Positions 17,770-25,342 are shown, counted from the stretch's first letter. The stretch is 64,000 bases of DNA from Christensenellales bacterium (GCA_045114775.1 JBGULC010000022.1:9313-73312); one strand, 5' to 3'. Notes: a model not told the origin generated them from the letters alone. Program-made: numbers and translations.

Positions 17770-17990
17770 ATGCAGCTATGATCGAGTATAGCTATTATGA
17801 TAGATTGCTGTTCTCTGATGATAGCTATGATCGAATATAGCTATTATTGATTTTTTCTTTCATAGGATCCGGATTATTAAAGATCCGGATCCTATAATGA
17901 AAGCTATTCTTTTATAGCTGCTATTATAATAGCTATTCTTATAATAGCTGTTCTTATAATAACTAATCTAAATATCAGCTATTAACTATA
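17770..17990. repeat. AT-rich array of TAGCTA-core palindromic repeats with a central perfect hairpin
   Basis: About 27-bp direct repeat AGCTATGATCGA(G/A)TATAGCTATTAT at 17774 and 17823. Perfect 13-bp inverted repeat ATAGGATCCGGAT / ATCCGGATCCTAT at 17862-17874 / 17883-17895. 15-bp tandem ATAATAGCT(A/G)TTCTT x2-3 at 17926-17970. About 10 copies of an AGCT(A/G)T core. Confidence 0.8.
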
Positions 17991-18249
17991 CGAAGCCGGG
18001 CCCTTCCGAAGCGCGCGTACGCAAAGCCAAGCGACCGATCGCGGTTGCCTTTGCTGCGTCTCTTTTCGACGTTCCGTACGCGTCCGGAGCGCGGAAGCTT
18101 CATTTTTCATACACAGTATACCACAGGGAATTGCCGCAGAATTCCTGAAAAAAGTTCACAATTGCTCCGCGTATTCCGTCGGCGGCGGTGTTCCGATCCG
18201 TCCTCTTGCGTTCGTCATGATCGGAGAAGGCTGCATATTTCTCCGGTAT

Positions 18250-18372
18250 TCATGATCTGTTTATTCTGCTTCCGGACCGGATTTCGGGATCGTTCCGCAG
18301 TCCGAGGATGTAATCTGCGCTGACCCGGTAATGGCGGCAAAATTCCCGGATCCGCTCTGTGTACTTTTCCAT
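18250..18372 (-). pseudogene. Remnant of an XRE-family HTH gene (40 codons)
   Basis: ATG with GGCGGAG SD. MEKYTERIREFCRHYRVSADYILGLRNDPEIRSGSRINRS. VSADYILGL matches the end of an HTH_3 domain, but the N-terminal helices are missing. Followed by short broken ORFs. Confidence 0.4.
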
Positions 18373-18582
18373 GGGTCTCCGCCTTTTTCGTTCTGTCAGG
18401 ATTATTGTGTACGCCACATAGGGTGTATTTGCTTTACGCCTTATATGGTGCTTGGGAATCCTATTCGGAAGACCGGCCGATGCAGAGAAGAACGCATCTG
18501 TATCGCCGTCGATTTGCGGAAGGGAGACAGTTCAGATGCATTGCGCATCCGTTCTGTAATCATTGACGATGATAAAGGAAAA

Positions 18583-18610
18583 GCGCCTCCCGCGAAGGAA
18601 GCGCTTTTTT
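18583..18610. terminator. Hairpin terminator downstream of the COG0523 operon (works on both strands)
   Basis: GCGCCTCC-CGCGAA-GGAAGCGC (one mismatch) with TTTTTT on the plus strand and TTTTCCTTT on the minus strand. Confidence 0.5.
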
Positions 18611-18697
18611 GCGTGTTCGTTATACGCCGGATCAATGCGTTGTAAACGCACGCTCGTTCGCTTCGGAGGAAGAACGGCGCATCAATAACAGACTGAA

Positions 18698-19639
18698 TCA
18701 ATAGAACGTCGCGACGGGCTGTTCGGGCTCGGTCGCAGGCACGAAGGAGCGGACGGTCACGATCGGGCCCTTCTTGCCGTAGATGTTCGAGAACTTCACG
18801 TTGATGCGGCCTTCGACGATCCCCCAGCTCTTGTGCCGCACGGATTTTGCGCGGTCATAGCGGCAGACCAGCGGGCAGTAGGCGATGTCCGCCTCACAGC
18901 AGGTCATGATGTGCCGGCCGGCTAAAAACGTGTCCTTCGGCATGCGCATGTTGTTGGCGCAAAGCCCCTTGTAGCGGACGACCTTGCCCTCATACTTGTC
19001 GGGCTCGTCGACGAGGTCGCGGTAAAAGAGTGCGTAGTCGCGGTCGGCGATCTCGATGATATCGGCGTTGATGTCGAACGGCAGCGGATCCTCGATGTCG
19101 TCCTCCACGCTCGTGCCGTCGGTGAGATCGTACACGATCTGCGCCCCGCGGGATACGCCGCGCACGAGCTTATGCAGCTCCATCTTATCCTGCTCCGGCT
19201 CGACGCGCGTAAAGATGACGAGCTCGGCTGTGTTCAGCTTGTCCACGACAAGCTGCCGCATGTTCGCGTTGAACGCGGCGATCGTGCTCGCGTCGACCAG
19301 CATCGTTTCCTGCGCGATGCCCCAGTTCTCCGGCAGGCGGTCGAACAGGTCGTTCATCTGCCACATGCCGTTGTACTCGATCATGATCCGCGTCGCCGCC
19401 GCCTTGCGGCCCCACAGGATCATATTGCCCTGCGTCAGCTCGGACTGATCTTCGACCTTCCGGATCGTGACGTTGTTGATCGAGAAGCGCGAAGGGATAA
19501 GCTCTTCCTCGCCGTCTTCGCAGAGGATCACCAGCGTGCGCTGCCCCTCGTTGAAGCCGGGATCCTCCAGCATCGACTGGAGAAACGTCGTCTTGCCGGC
19601 GTCCAGAAAACCCGTAAATAAGAAGACCGGAAGCATCAT
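18698..19639 (-). CDS. G3E/COG0523-like GTPase N-domain fused to a YcgQ/DUF1980-like C-terminal domain
   Basis: P-loop FTGFLDAGKTT but no CxCC motif. C-terminus RHIMTCCEADIAYCPLV resembles the MTCCxAD motif I associate with UPF0703/DUF1980. Confidence 0.6.
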   Translation of the reverse strand: MMLPVFLFTGFLDAGKTTFLQSMLEDPGFNEGQRTLVILCEDGEEELIPSRFSINNVTIRKVEDQSELTQGNMILWGRKAAATRIMIEYNGMWQMNDLFDRLPENWGIAQETMLVDASTIAAFNANMRQLVVDKLNTAELVIFTRVEPEQDKMELHKLVRGVSRGAQIVYDLTDGTSVEDDIEDPLPFDINADIIEIADRDYALFYRDLVDEPDKYEGKVVRYKGLCANNMRMPKDTFLAGRHIMTCCEADIAYCPLVCRYDRAKSVRHKSWGIVEGRINVKFSNIYGKKGPIVTVRSFVPATEPEQPVATFY

Positions 19640-19644
19640 GGCCG

Positions 19645-20874
19645 TTACTCCGTAAAGAGCGCCTTCAAAGCGTCCTCGCTGATCTTCGAGCCGATCACGC
19701 AGAGCCTGCCGATCACGCCCGCGGGACCGCGGCGGATCTCGACCTCGCCGGGCACATGGTCAAAGTGGATCCACTGTCCGCCGTCGGCCGACGCGACAAC
19801 GCCCTTTGCGCGAAGCACCGTGCCGTAGGTTTCGGCGTCGTCCAGCTTTGCGATCTTCTCCCTGAGCTCGTCCTCGGTGAAGCGATGCACCGTCTCAATG
19901 CCCCAGCTACTGAACACCTCGTCCGCATCGTGGCCGTGATGGTGGTGGTGATGGTGCTCGTGTTCCCCATCCTCGTCGTGATGATGGTGGCATTCGCATT
20001 CGGGGTCGTCGCACTCCTCGCCGTCGTGATGGTGATGATGGTGATGCTCGTGTTCGTCCTCATCGTCGTCATCGTCGTGATGATGGTGATGATGATGCTC
20101 GTGCTCGTCCTCCTCATCATCGTCGTGGTGGTGATGATGGTGATGCTCGTGCTCGTCCTCATCGTCGTCATCGTCGTGATGATGGTGGTGATGGCACTCG
20201 CATTCCGGATCGTCGCACTCGTCCTCGTCGTGGTGATGGTGGTGCTCCTGTTTCAGCGCTTCCATGTGCGCCTTCAGCGTATCGCGGCTCTCAATGGCCT
20301 TGACGAGATCGTCGCCCGTAAGCTTGTCCCACGGCGCGGCGACGACCGTCGCCTCCGGATTGAGCTCGCGCACCATGTCGAGGACCTCCTTCAAGCGCTC
20401 CTCGGAAACGTCCTGCGAGCGGCTTAAGACCACGCAGTCCGCGGCTTCGATCTGGTTCACGTAGAACTCGCCGAAGTTCTTACGGTAGACACGCGCCTTC
20501 TTGGCGTCGACGACCGCGATGCAGCTGTTGATCACGACGTCGTCATTGAGAACGCCGCTTACCGCGCGCTTGACGTCGGAAAGCTTTCCGACGCCGGACG
20601 GCTCGATGAGGATCCGGTCCGGATGGAACTGTTCGAGGACCTGCTTCAGCGCCTTGGAAAAGTCGCCGACTAAGCTGCAGCAGATGCAGCCGGAGTTCAT
20701 TTCGGTGATCTCGATGCCCGCTTCCTGCAAAAATGCGCCGTCGATGCCGATCTCGCCGAATTCGTTCTCAATCAGCACCAGCTTTTCGCCGTTGAAGCCG
20801 TCTGCGATGAGCTTTTTGATGAGCGTGGTCTTGCCCGCGCCTAAGAATCCGCTGAAAATATCGATCTTTGTCAT
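19645..20874 (-). CDS. COG0523 (CobW/ZigA/YeiR-type) metallochaperone GTPase with very long His/Asp-rich insert
   Basis: P-loop GFLGAGKTT, ENEFGE, metal motif GCICCS, CobW_C-like end. About 115-aa linker rich in H, D, E with two ECDDPECECHHHH units. Confidence 0.85.
   Translation of the reverse strand: MTKIDIFSGFLGAGKTTLIKKLIADGFNGEKLVLIENEFGEIGIDGAFLQEAGIEITEMNSGCICCSLVGDFSKALKQVLEQFHPDRILIEPSGVGKLSDVKRAVSGVLNDDVVINSCIAVVDAKKARVYRKNFGEFYVNQIEAADCVVLSRSQDVSEERLKEVLDMVRELNPEATVVAAPWDKLTGDDLVKAIESRDTLKAHMEALKQEHHHHHDEDECDDPECECHHHHHHDDDDDEDEHEHHHHHHHDDDEEDEHEHHHHHHHDDDDDEDEHEHHHHHHHDGEECDDPECECHHHHDEDGEHEHHHHHHHGHDADEVFSSWGIETVHRFTEDELREKIAKLDDAETYGTVLRAKGVVASADGGQWIHFDHVPGEVEIRRGPAGVIGRLCVIGSKISEDALKALFTE
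19930..20245. repeat. Coding tandem repeat (His/Asp/Glu codons)
   Basis: Three near-identical units HHHHHHHDDD(D/E)(D/E)EDEHE flanked by two ECDDPECECHHHH units. Visible as gtgatgatggtg / gtcgtcatc periodicity. Confidence 0.85.
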
Positions 20875-21019
20875 ATGCTTCCTTCTTTCCGGGGTCTTGC
20901 CCCGTCGTTTGTTCGCCTGCTATCCTATCACACTTTACAGATTTTGCAAGCTTTATATTGTGGATTTTTTGAGATTCATTTTTAGAAAGACAACCCTCCA
21001 GACTTTTGCTTCGCAAAAC

Positions 21020-21235
21020 CCACCCTCCCTTGCGCAGGGAGGGCAAGATCCGCGTCCTTGCCGACTGAGGGGCAGCCGCATGGGATCTCTCCCTCCGTCT
21101 GCCTGTCGGCAGACACCTCCCTTGTCAGAGGGAGGTCGAGATCAGCAAAGCTCTTGGCTCCCCTGTGTAAGGGGAGCCAAAAGCGCAGCGAGACTGAAGG
21201 GTTGCTGCGACAGCCCTCCCTTCAGGAAGGCTCCT
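21020..21235. repeat. Field of GC-rich hairpin (REP-like) elements, copy 1 of a dispersed family
   Basis: CCCTCCCT-TGCGC-AGGGAGGG, CCTCCCT-TGTCAG-AGGGAGG, GGCTCCCC-TGTGTAA-GGGGAGCC. The last hairpin plus its flank recur at 27504-27560. Confidence 0.75.
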
Positions 21236-22112
21236 TCCCGTTTATTCGTTTCCCGATCCCGAACCGCAGCGCAAGCGAATCGGTCGGGCATGCGCGCGCA
21301 CACCGGCCGCAGCGGATACACTCCGCGGAATCATACTGCTTTACGGGGTCGATACCCATCGGACAGACCGTTTCGCATTTGCCGCAGGCGACGCACTTGT
21401 CCGGCTCGTAGGAAAGATGCGCGAGCGCGATGCGGTTGAATGCGCCGTAGATCGCGCCGAGCGGGCAGAGATACCGGCAGAACGGCCGCGAGATCAAAAG
21501 CGACAGGAGCAGGATCGCAAGGCACACGCCGACTTTCCACCAGAAATGAAACCCGATCTGCGCGCGGTACGCGGCGTTCGTGAGCACCAGCGGCACCCCG
21601 CCGAGCAGCGTACCGGAGGGACAAAGGTACTTGCAGAAATACGGCACGAGCACGCCTTTGAACGCGGATAACAGCGGAAGTCCGATCACGAGCACGCCGA
21701 GCACGGCATACTTGAGCCGCCGAAGAAAGCGCTCGAAGCGGAACGTGCGGATCTTGACGAAGAACGGGATGCGGTACACAAGGTCCTGGATCCACCCGAA
21801 CGGGCAGAGCCAGCCGCAGATCCAGCGCCCGAGCGTGAGCCCGAACAGGATCAGGAAACCGAGCACGTAGAACGGGAACGCCGGCTTTTTGTAGCCGCCG
21901 CTCATGGAGTTCTGCAGCGAACCGATCGGACACGCGCCGATCGCCGCCGGACAGGAGTAGCAGTTCAGCCCCGGCACGCAGACGGCCTTTGTGTCGCCCG
22001 TCCCGATCTTGCCGAGGAAGAACCGGTGCAGCATGGGATTCTGCAGAAGGAACGCCGCCGCCTGCACCGTGAGCCGTTTCCATTCGCCCTTTACGCGTTT
22101 TGCCTTAACCAA
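21222..22112 (-). CDS. Membrane-bound 4Fe-4S binding protein (NapH/MauN-like)
   Basis: CVPGLNCYSCPAAIGACPIG, CPFGW, CPSG, CRYLCPLG and two ferredoxin motifs (CVACGKCETVCP, CIRCGRCARACP). TTG start at 22112 is tentative. Confidence 0.8.
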   Translation of the reverse strand: MVKAKRVKGEWKRLTVQAAAFLLQNPMLHRFFLGKIGTGDTKAVCVPGLNCYSCPAAIGACPIGSLQNSMSGGYKKPAFPFYVLGFLILFGLTLGRWICGWLCPFGWIQDLVYRIPFFVKIRTFRFERFLRRLKYAVLGVLVIGLPLLSAFKGVLVPYFCKYLCPSGTLLGGVPLVLTNAAYRAQIGFHFWWKVGVCLAILLLSLLISRPFCRYLCPLGAIYGAFNRIALAHLSYEPDKCVACGKCETVCPMGIDPVKQYDSAECIRCGRCARACPTDSLALRFGIGKRINGKEPS

Positions 22113-22251
22113 TGCCGATACACTCCAGACAGATCTTTGCGGCTTTTCCGAGGACCGTCAGAGCCTGTCCCCCGAATATGCCAAACAGCAGAAAAACCGT
22201 GCCCAAAACAGCGAGCACGGCAAAGGTACAGATGCGAACGCTGCGCTTCAT
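22105..22251 (-). CDS. Small membrane CXXC protein (48 aa, absent from ORF track)
   Basis: ATG overlaps the TlpA stop (ATGA). MKRSVRICTFAVLAVLGTVFLLFGIFGGQALTVLGKAAKICLECIGIG. Resembles what I recall as the CD1871A-family CXXC protein that accompanies such 4Fe-4S genes. Confidence 0.6.
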   Translation of the reverse strand: MKRSVRICTFAVLAVLGTVFLLFGIFGGQALTVLGKAAKICLECIGIG

Positions 22252-22805
22252 GGCAGCAGATCCTCGACGATCGTCTTCCACGCCGCATAGCTGCGCGCGC
22301 CGACGATCGGATTCGCGATCTCGTGTCCCGTGCTGTCAAAGAACACGGTTGCGGGAATGGCGTCAAAGCGCTTGACGAGGTCGATGAGCGAACCGGCGGG
22401 CTCCACAACGGGGTAAGAAACGCCCTTTGCCTGCATGATCGCCTTCACGTTCTCAATGCCGGTCGGATTGCAGAGAAGCCCGATGATCAGCACGTTCGGG
22501 TATTCCCGATGGATACGCGCAAGCGCCGGCAGCTCGCCGACGCACGGACCGCACCAATCCGCCCAGCAGTTGATGATGACGAGATCATACTCTCGAATGA
22601 CGCCCGCGCGGATCTCTCTGCCGTCGACGGTGAGTGTATTGAAGCTGAGATCGCCGACGGTTTCCGGAAAGTCTGACATAGGCTCGCCCGAAAGCGGCGG
22701 CAGCTCCTCGGACGCCGCAGCGTCCTTTGCTGGGGTGCTGCGTTCCGTGACGCTGAGCGCAAGCAGCATCAGTGCGCAGAGGATAATAATGATCAGTCGT
22801 TTCAA
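22248..22805 (-). CDS. TlpA-family thiol-disulfide oxidoreductase (secreted thioredoxin-like)
   Basis: Signal/anchor MKRLIIIILCALMLLAL and active site WADWCGPC. TTG start. Confidence 0.85.
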   Translation of the reverse strand: MKRLIIIILCALMLLALSVTERSTPAKDAAASEELPPLSGEPMSDFPETVGDLSFNTLTVDGREIRAGVIREYDLVIINCWADWCGPCVGELPALARIHREYPNVLIIGLLCNPTGIENVKAIMQAKGVSYPVVEPAGSLIDLVKRFDAIPATVFFDSTGHEIANPIVGARSYAAWKTIVEDLLP

Positions 22806-22868
22806 AACTCGTTTTTCCTGTCTTTTTTCTCAGTATACCGCGTTTTGCCGCTTTTGATGATCGCGACC

Positions 22869-23645
22869 TCAGTACCGACGTCCCTGCATGGCCCGGCTGT
22901 TATAGGCAACCGTTTTTCTGACAGAACGGACGCCGAAAATCAAAAGCAGGACGCCGCCCGTCAAGAACAGAAACGCGCCGACAAAGAAGAACACAATGAG
23001 CTCCTCCGGGACGTAAGACCCGAAGGCAGCCCAAACGACGCCCTCGAGCAGAAACACCAGAGCCGTAGCCAGCAGGACCGCGCCGATGACGATCATCACG
23101 ATCCCGCCCGCCTTGGACTTCAACTGCGGACGCGGCGGCGAATAAACCGACGCATAGACCGGCTGCTGTGCCCACACCGGCTGCGCGGGATTTCCGTACG
23201 GATTCTGCGCCGTCTGCGGCGGCACGTATCCGGCATACGGATTTTGCGTCGGCTGCGGCGGCACGTATCCGGCATACGGATTCTGCGTCGGCTGCAACGG
23301 AACGCTTTCGGCTTCCGGCGTCTGTACCGGCTGCGGCGGAACATATCCCGCTTCCGGCGCTTGCACCGGCTGTGCCGGAACAAACGCGCCGTCCGGACCC
23401 GAATCGTCCGCGATCCGGTCGTTCTCCGCTGCGACGGTTTCGTCGTTTTCCGGGATCTCCTCCCGCTTGTTGTCCGTCGGGATCCAAACGGGCATTTTCA
23501 TCCGTTCGTCCTCCGGATCCTGCGCGGGTCTTGACCGCACGGGACGCTGTCGCACGGGACGCGCATCATCCACGCGCGTTCCGCAGTGCATGCAGAATGC
23601 ATCCCCTTCTTCCATCAGTGTTCCACAGCGCTTGCAGTAAGGCAT
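22869..23645 (-). CDS. Zinc-ribbon / P,Q-rich linker / 2-TM protein (paralog A)
   Basis: MPYCKRCGTLMEEGDAFCMHCG. Repeats PPQPTQNPYAGYV x2. TM pair and tail GGVLLLIFGVRSVRKTVAYNS. Confidence 0.8.
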   Translation of the reverse strand: MPYCKRCGTLMEEGDAFCMHCGTRVDDARPVRQRPVRSRPAQDPEDERMKMPVWIPTDNKREEIPENDETVAAENDRIADDSGPDGAFVPAQPVQAPEAGYVPPQPVQTPEAESVPLQPTQNPYAGYVPPQPTQNPYAGYVPPQTAQNPYGNPAQPVWAQQPVYASVYSPPRPQLKSKAGGIVMIVIGAVLLATALVFLLEGVVWAAFGSYVPEELIVFFFVGAFLFLTGGVLLLIFGVRSVRKTVAYNSRAMQGRRY

Positions 23646-23694
23646 ACTCTTTTCCTCTTCTCCGTTCCCTCGGGTTACGCGGATCTATGCCGCA

Positions 23695-24249
23695 TCAAAG
23701 ACTTGCGTTGTAGCGATTGACGTTTTTGACCTTGCGGATACCGAACAGCAGCAGCAAAAGGCCGCCGGCGAGGAAGGTCAAAGCCATCGTGACGCCCGCC
23801 GCGATCATCGCACTTGCTTCGGCGTCGCCTTCCGCAAGGGTAATGATCATCCCAAACAGGAAGAATGCAAAAACGGCGAGCAAGATCGAACCGAAAATGA
23901 TCATGGTAATGCCGCCGCCCTTGCCAAGGGGCCGCTTCGGAACCACGAACGTCGGCTGCGCATAGCCGTTCGGCTGATTCACATACTGCGCCCATGCAGG
24001 CTGCACCGGCTGTGCGGGCTGCTGCACCGGCTGTACGGGCTGCTGCACCGGAGCGGGCGCGGGCCGTTCGGGCGCGCGGGTCGGGTCCCAGGGCTGAGAC
24101 GGAACGGCAGCCACCGTCTGATCCTCATCTTCAAAGGGCAGGAAACCGCGGTCGATCGGTTCCGACGCTTTGGGCACGGGGTTTCCGCATTCGCCGCAGA
24201 ATACGTCGTCATCGTTCAACGCGGCACCGCAACATTCACAATACTTCAT
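23695..24249 (-). CDS. Zinc-ribbon / P,Q-rich linker / 2-TM protein (paralog B)
   Basis: AAGGAGG then ATG at 24249. MKYCECCGAALNDDDVFCGECG. PVQQPVQPVQQPAQPVQP linker. Tail GGLLLLLFGIRKVKNVNRYNASL. Confidence 0.8.
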   Translation of the reverse strand: MKYCECCGAALNDDDVFCGECGNPVPKASEPIDRGFLPFEDEDQTVAAVPSQPWDPTRAPERPAPAPVQQPVQPVQQPAQPVQPAWAQYVNQPNGYAQPTFVVPKRPLGKGGGITMIIFGSILLAVFAFFLFGMIITLAEGDAEASAMIAAGVTMALTFLAGGLLLLLFGIRKVKNVNRYNASL

Positions 24250-24390
24250 GACAGATTCCTCCTTGGTATGATTTGATACGATTGCAGACAATTAACTTTT
24301 GTTCGTTCTGTGTCACTGTTCGTATTCGGACAGGACCCGTTTGTTATAGACGTCCGCTCTCGGAACGGGGATATATACGACGTTCTGTAC

Positions 24391-24519
24391 CTACGCGGGT
24401 TGCTGCTGTCCGGGATCGTAAACGGCGTCCGAAACGCTTTGCGTGATTCGCGCGTCGCATTCCGTGCAGAACGAATCCCCTTCCCTTAAAGGCGCGCCGC
24501 AGCGATAGCAATATTTCAT
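24391..24519 (-). pseudogene. Truncated zinc-ribbon paralog (42 codons)
   Basis: AAGGAGAA SD. MKYCYRCGAPLREGDSFCTECDARITQSVSDAVYDPGQQQPA then stop. No linker or TM part follows in any frame. Confidence 0.55.
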
Positions 24520-24564
24520 GACAGGTTCTCCTTGATTTGCTTTTTCGGAATATATCGTAAACGA

Positions 24565-25203
24565 TCAGCAGCTTTTGTCGGTTCCTTTGATCTTGGCGTT
24601 GTAATCGTTTACACGCCTTAGCTTTTTGATCCCGAAGATCAGAAGCAGCACGCCGCCGCCGAGAAACCCTGCAGAAACGACGAGCAGCGACAGGGAACCG
24701 GATGGATCTTGCCCGGCGCCGATGTAGATGACGCCGGAGACCAGATTGTACAGAAGCACGAGGAAGCTCAACAACAGGATCCCGCCGAACACGATCATGA
24801 CGATCGCGCCGCCTTTGGATCTTTCTTTTACGGGCGCTGTGTATACGGGCTGCGTGGGCGGTGTATAAACCGGCGCCGCGGGAGGCGTATTACCGGTCCG
24901 AAGAGGCTGCCGCTCCGCGGGCGCCGCGGGCCCCGGCTGCGGTCTTTTTGCCCATCCTGGCGCAGCCGAAACGGTCCGCTCCGGATCTCCATCCTCTGCG
25001 GCTGTAAAAACATGCTCCGTTTTCCTCTCCGCTGCGGCCGAAACAGTCTTCTCCGGATTTCTCTCCGCCACAGCCGAAACCGTCTTCTCCATGTCACTCT
25101 CCGCTGCGGTCGAAACGGTCTCCCTCGGTGCGATCGTACCGCATTCCGGACAAATCAGTTCTCCATCCTTCAGCAACGCGCCGCAGCATTCGCACTTTAC
25201 CAT
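24565..25203 (-). CDS. Zinc-ribbon / repeat linker / 2-TM protein (paralog D)
   Basis: MVKCECCGALLKDGELICPECG. EKTVSA(V/A)AER repeats. Tail GGVLLLIFGIKKLRRVNDYNAK. Confidence 0.8.
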   Translation of the reverse strand: MVKCECCGALLKDGELICPECGTIAPRETVSTAAESDMEKTVSAVAERNPEKTVSAAAERKTEHVFTAAEDGDPERTVSAAPGWAKRPQPGPAAPAERQPLRTGNTPPAAPVYTPPTQPVYTAPVKERSKGGAIVMIVFGGILLLSFLVLLYNLVSGVIYIGAGQDPSGSLSLLVVSAGFLGGGVLLLIFGIKKLRRVNDYNAKIKGTDKSC

Positions 25204-25288
25204 GTATTCTCCCCCTCTGCCGATTTTATTCTAATATTATATGATTTTTTCGCCGCAAAGTCAACGCAATCTTTTTTTGAAAAACCTC

Positions 25289-25342
25289 TTGACAACCGTG
25301 TATAAACTGTTATAATTGTGTATGCACAGTAAGCACAATTAT
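25289..25342 (+). promoter_or_regulatory. Near-consensus promoter with overlapping inverted-repeat operator
   Basis: TTGACA-16 nt-TATAAT (25289-25316). Perfect 9-bp inverted repeat ATAATTGTG (25312-25320) / CACAATTAT (25334-25342) with an inner TGTG-N4-CACA. The downstream operon ends in a GntR gene. Confidence 0.55.

Noticed and set aside
18045-18645. Plus-strand ORFs of 92 and 104 aa in the gene-poor patch
   Set aside because: No SD, Cys/Arg-rich odd composition, no domains. The region is better explained as decayed DNA plus the operon terminator.
19756-20427. 223-aa plus-strand ORF rich in V/M (looks like a membrane protein)
   Set aside because: It is the reverse complement of the His/Asp codon repeat (GTG/ATG/GTC codons). 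Artefact.
20875-21000. Zur box upstream of the COG0523 operon
   Set aside because: I looked for a TCGTAAT-N-ATTACGA-like AT-rich palindrome. Only a weak TTGCAA/TAGGAT promoter-like element is visible and there is no convincing palindrome.
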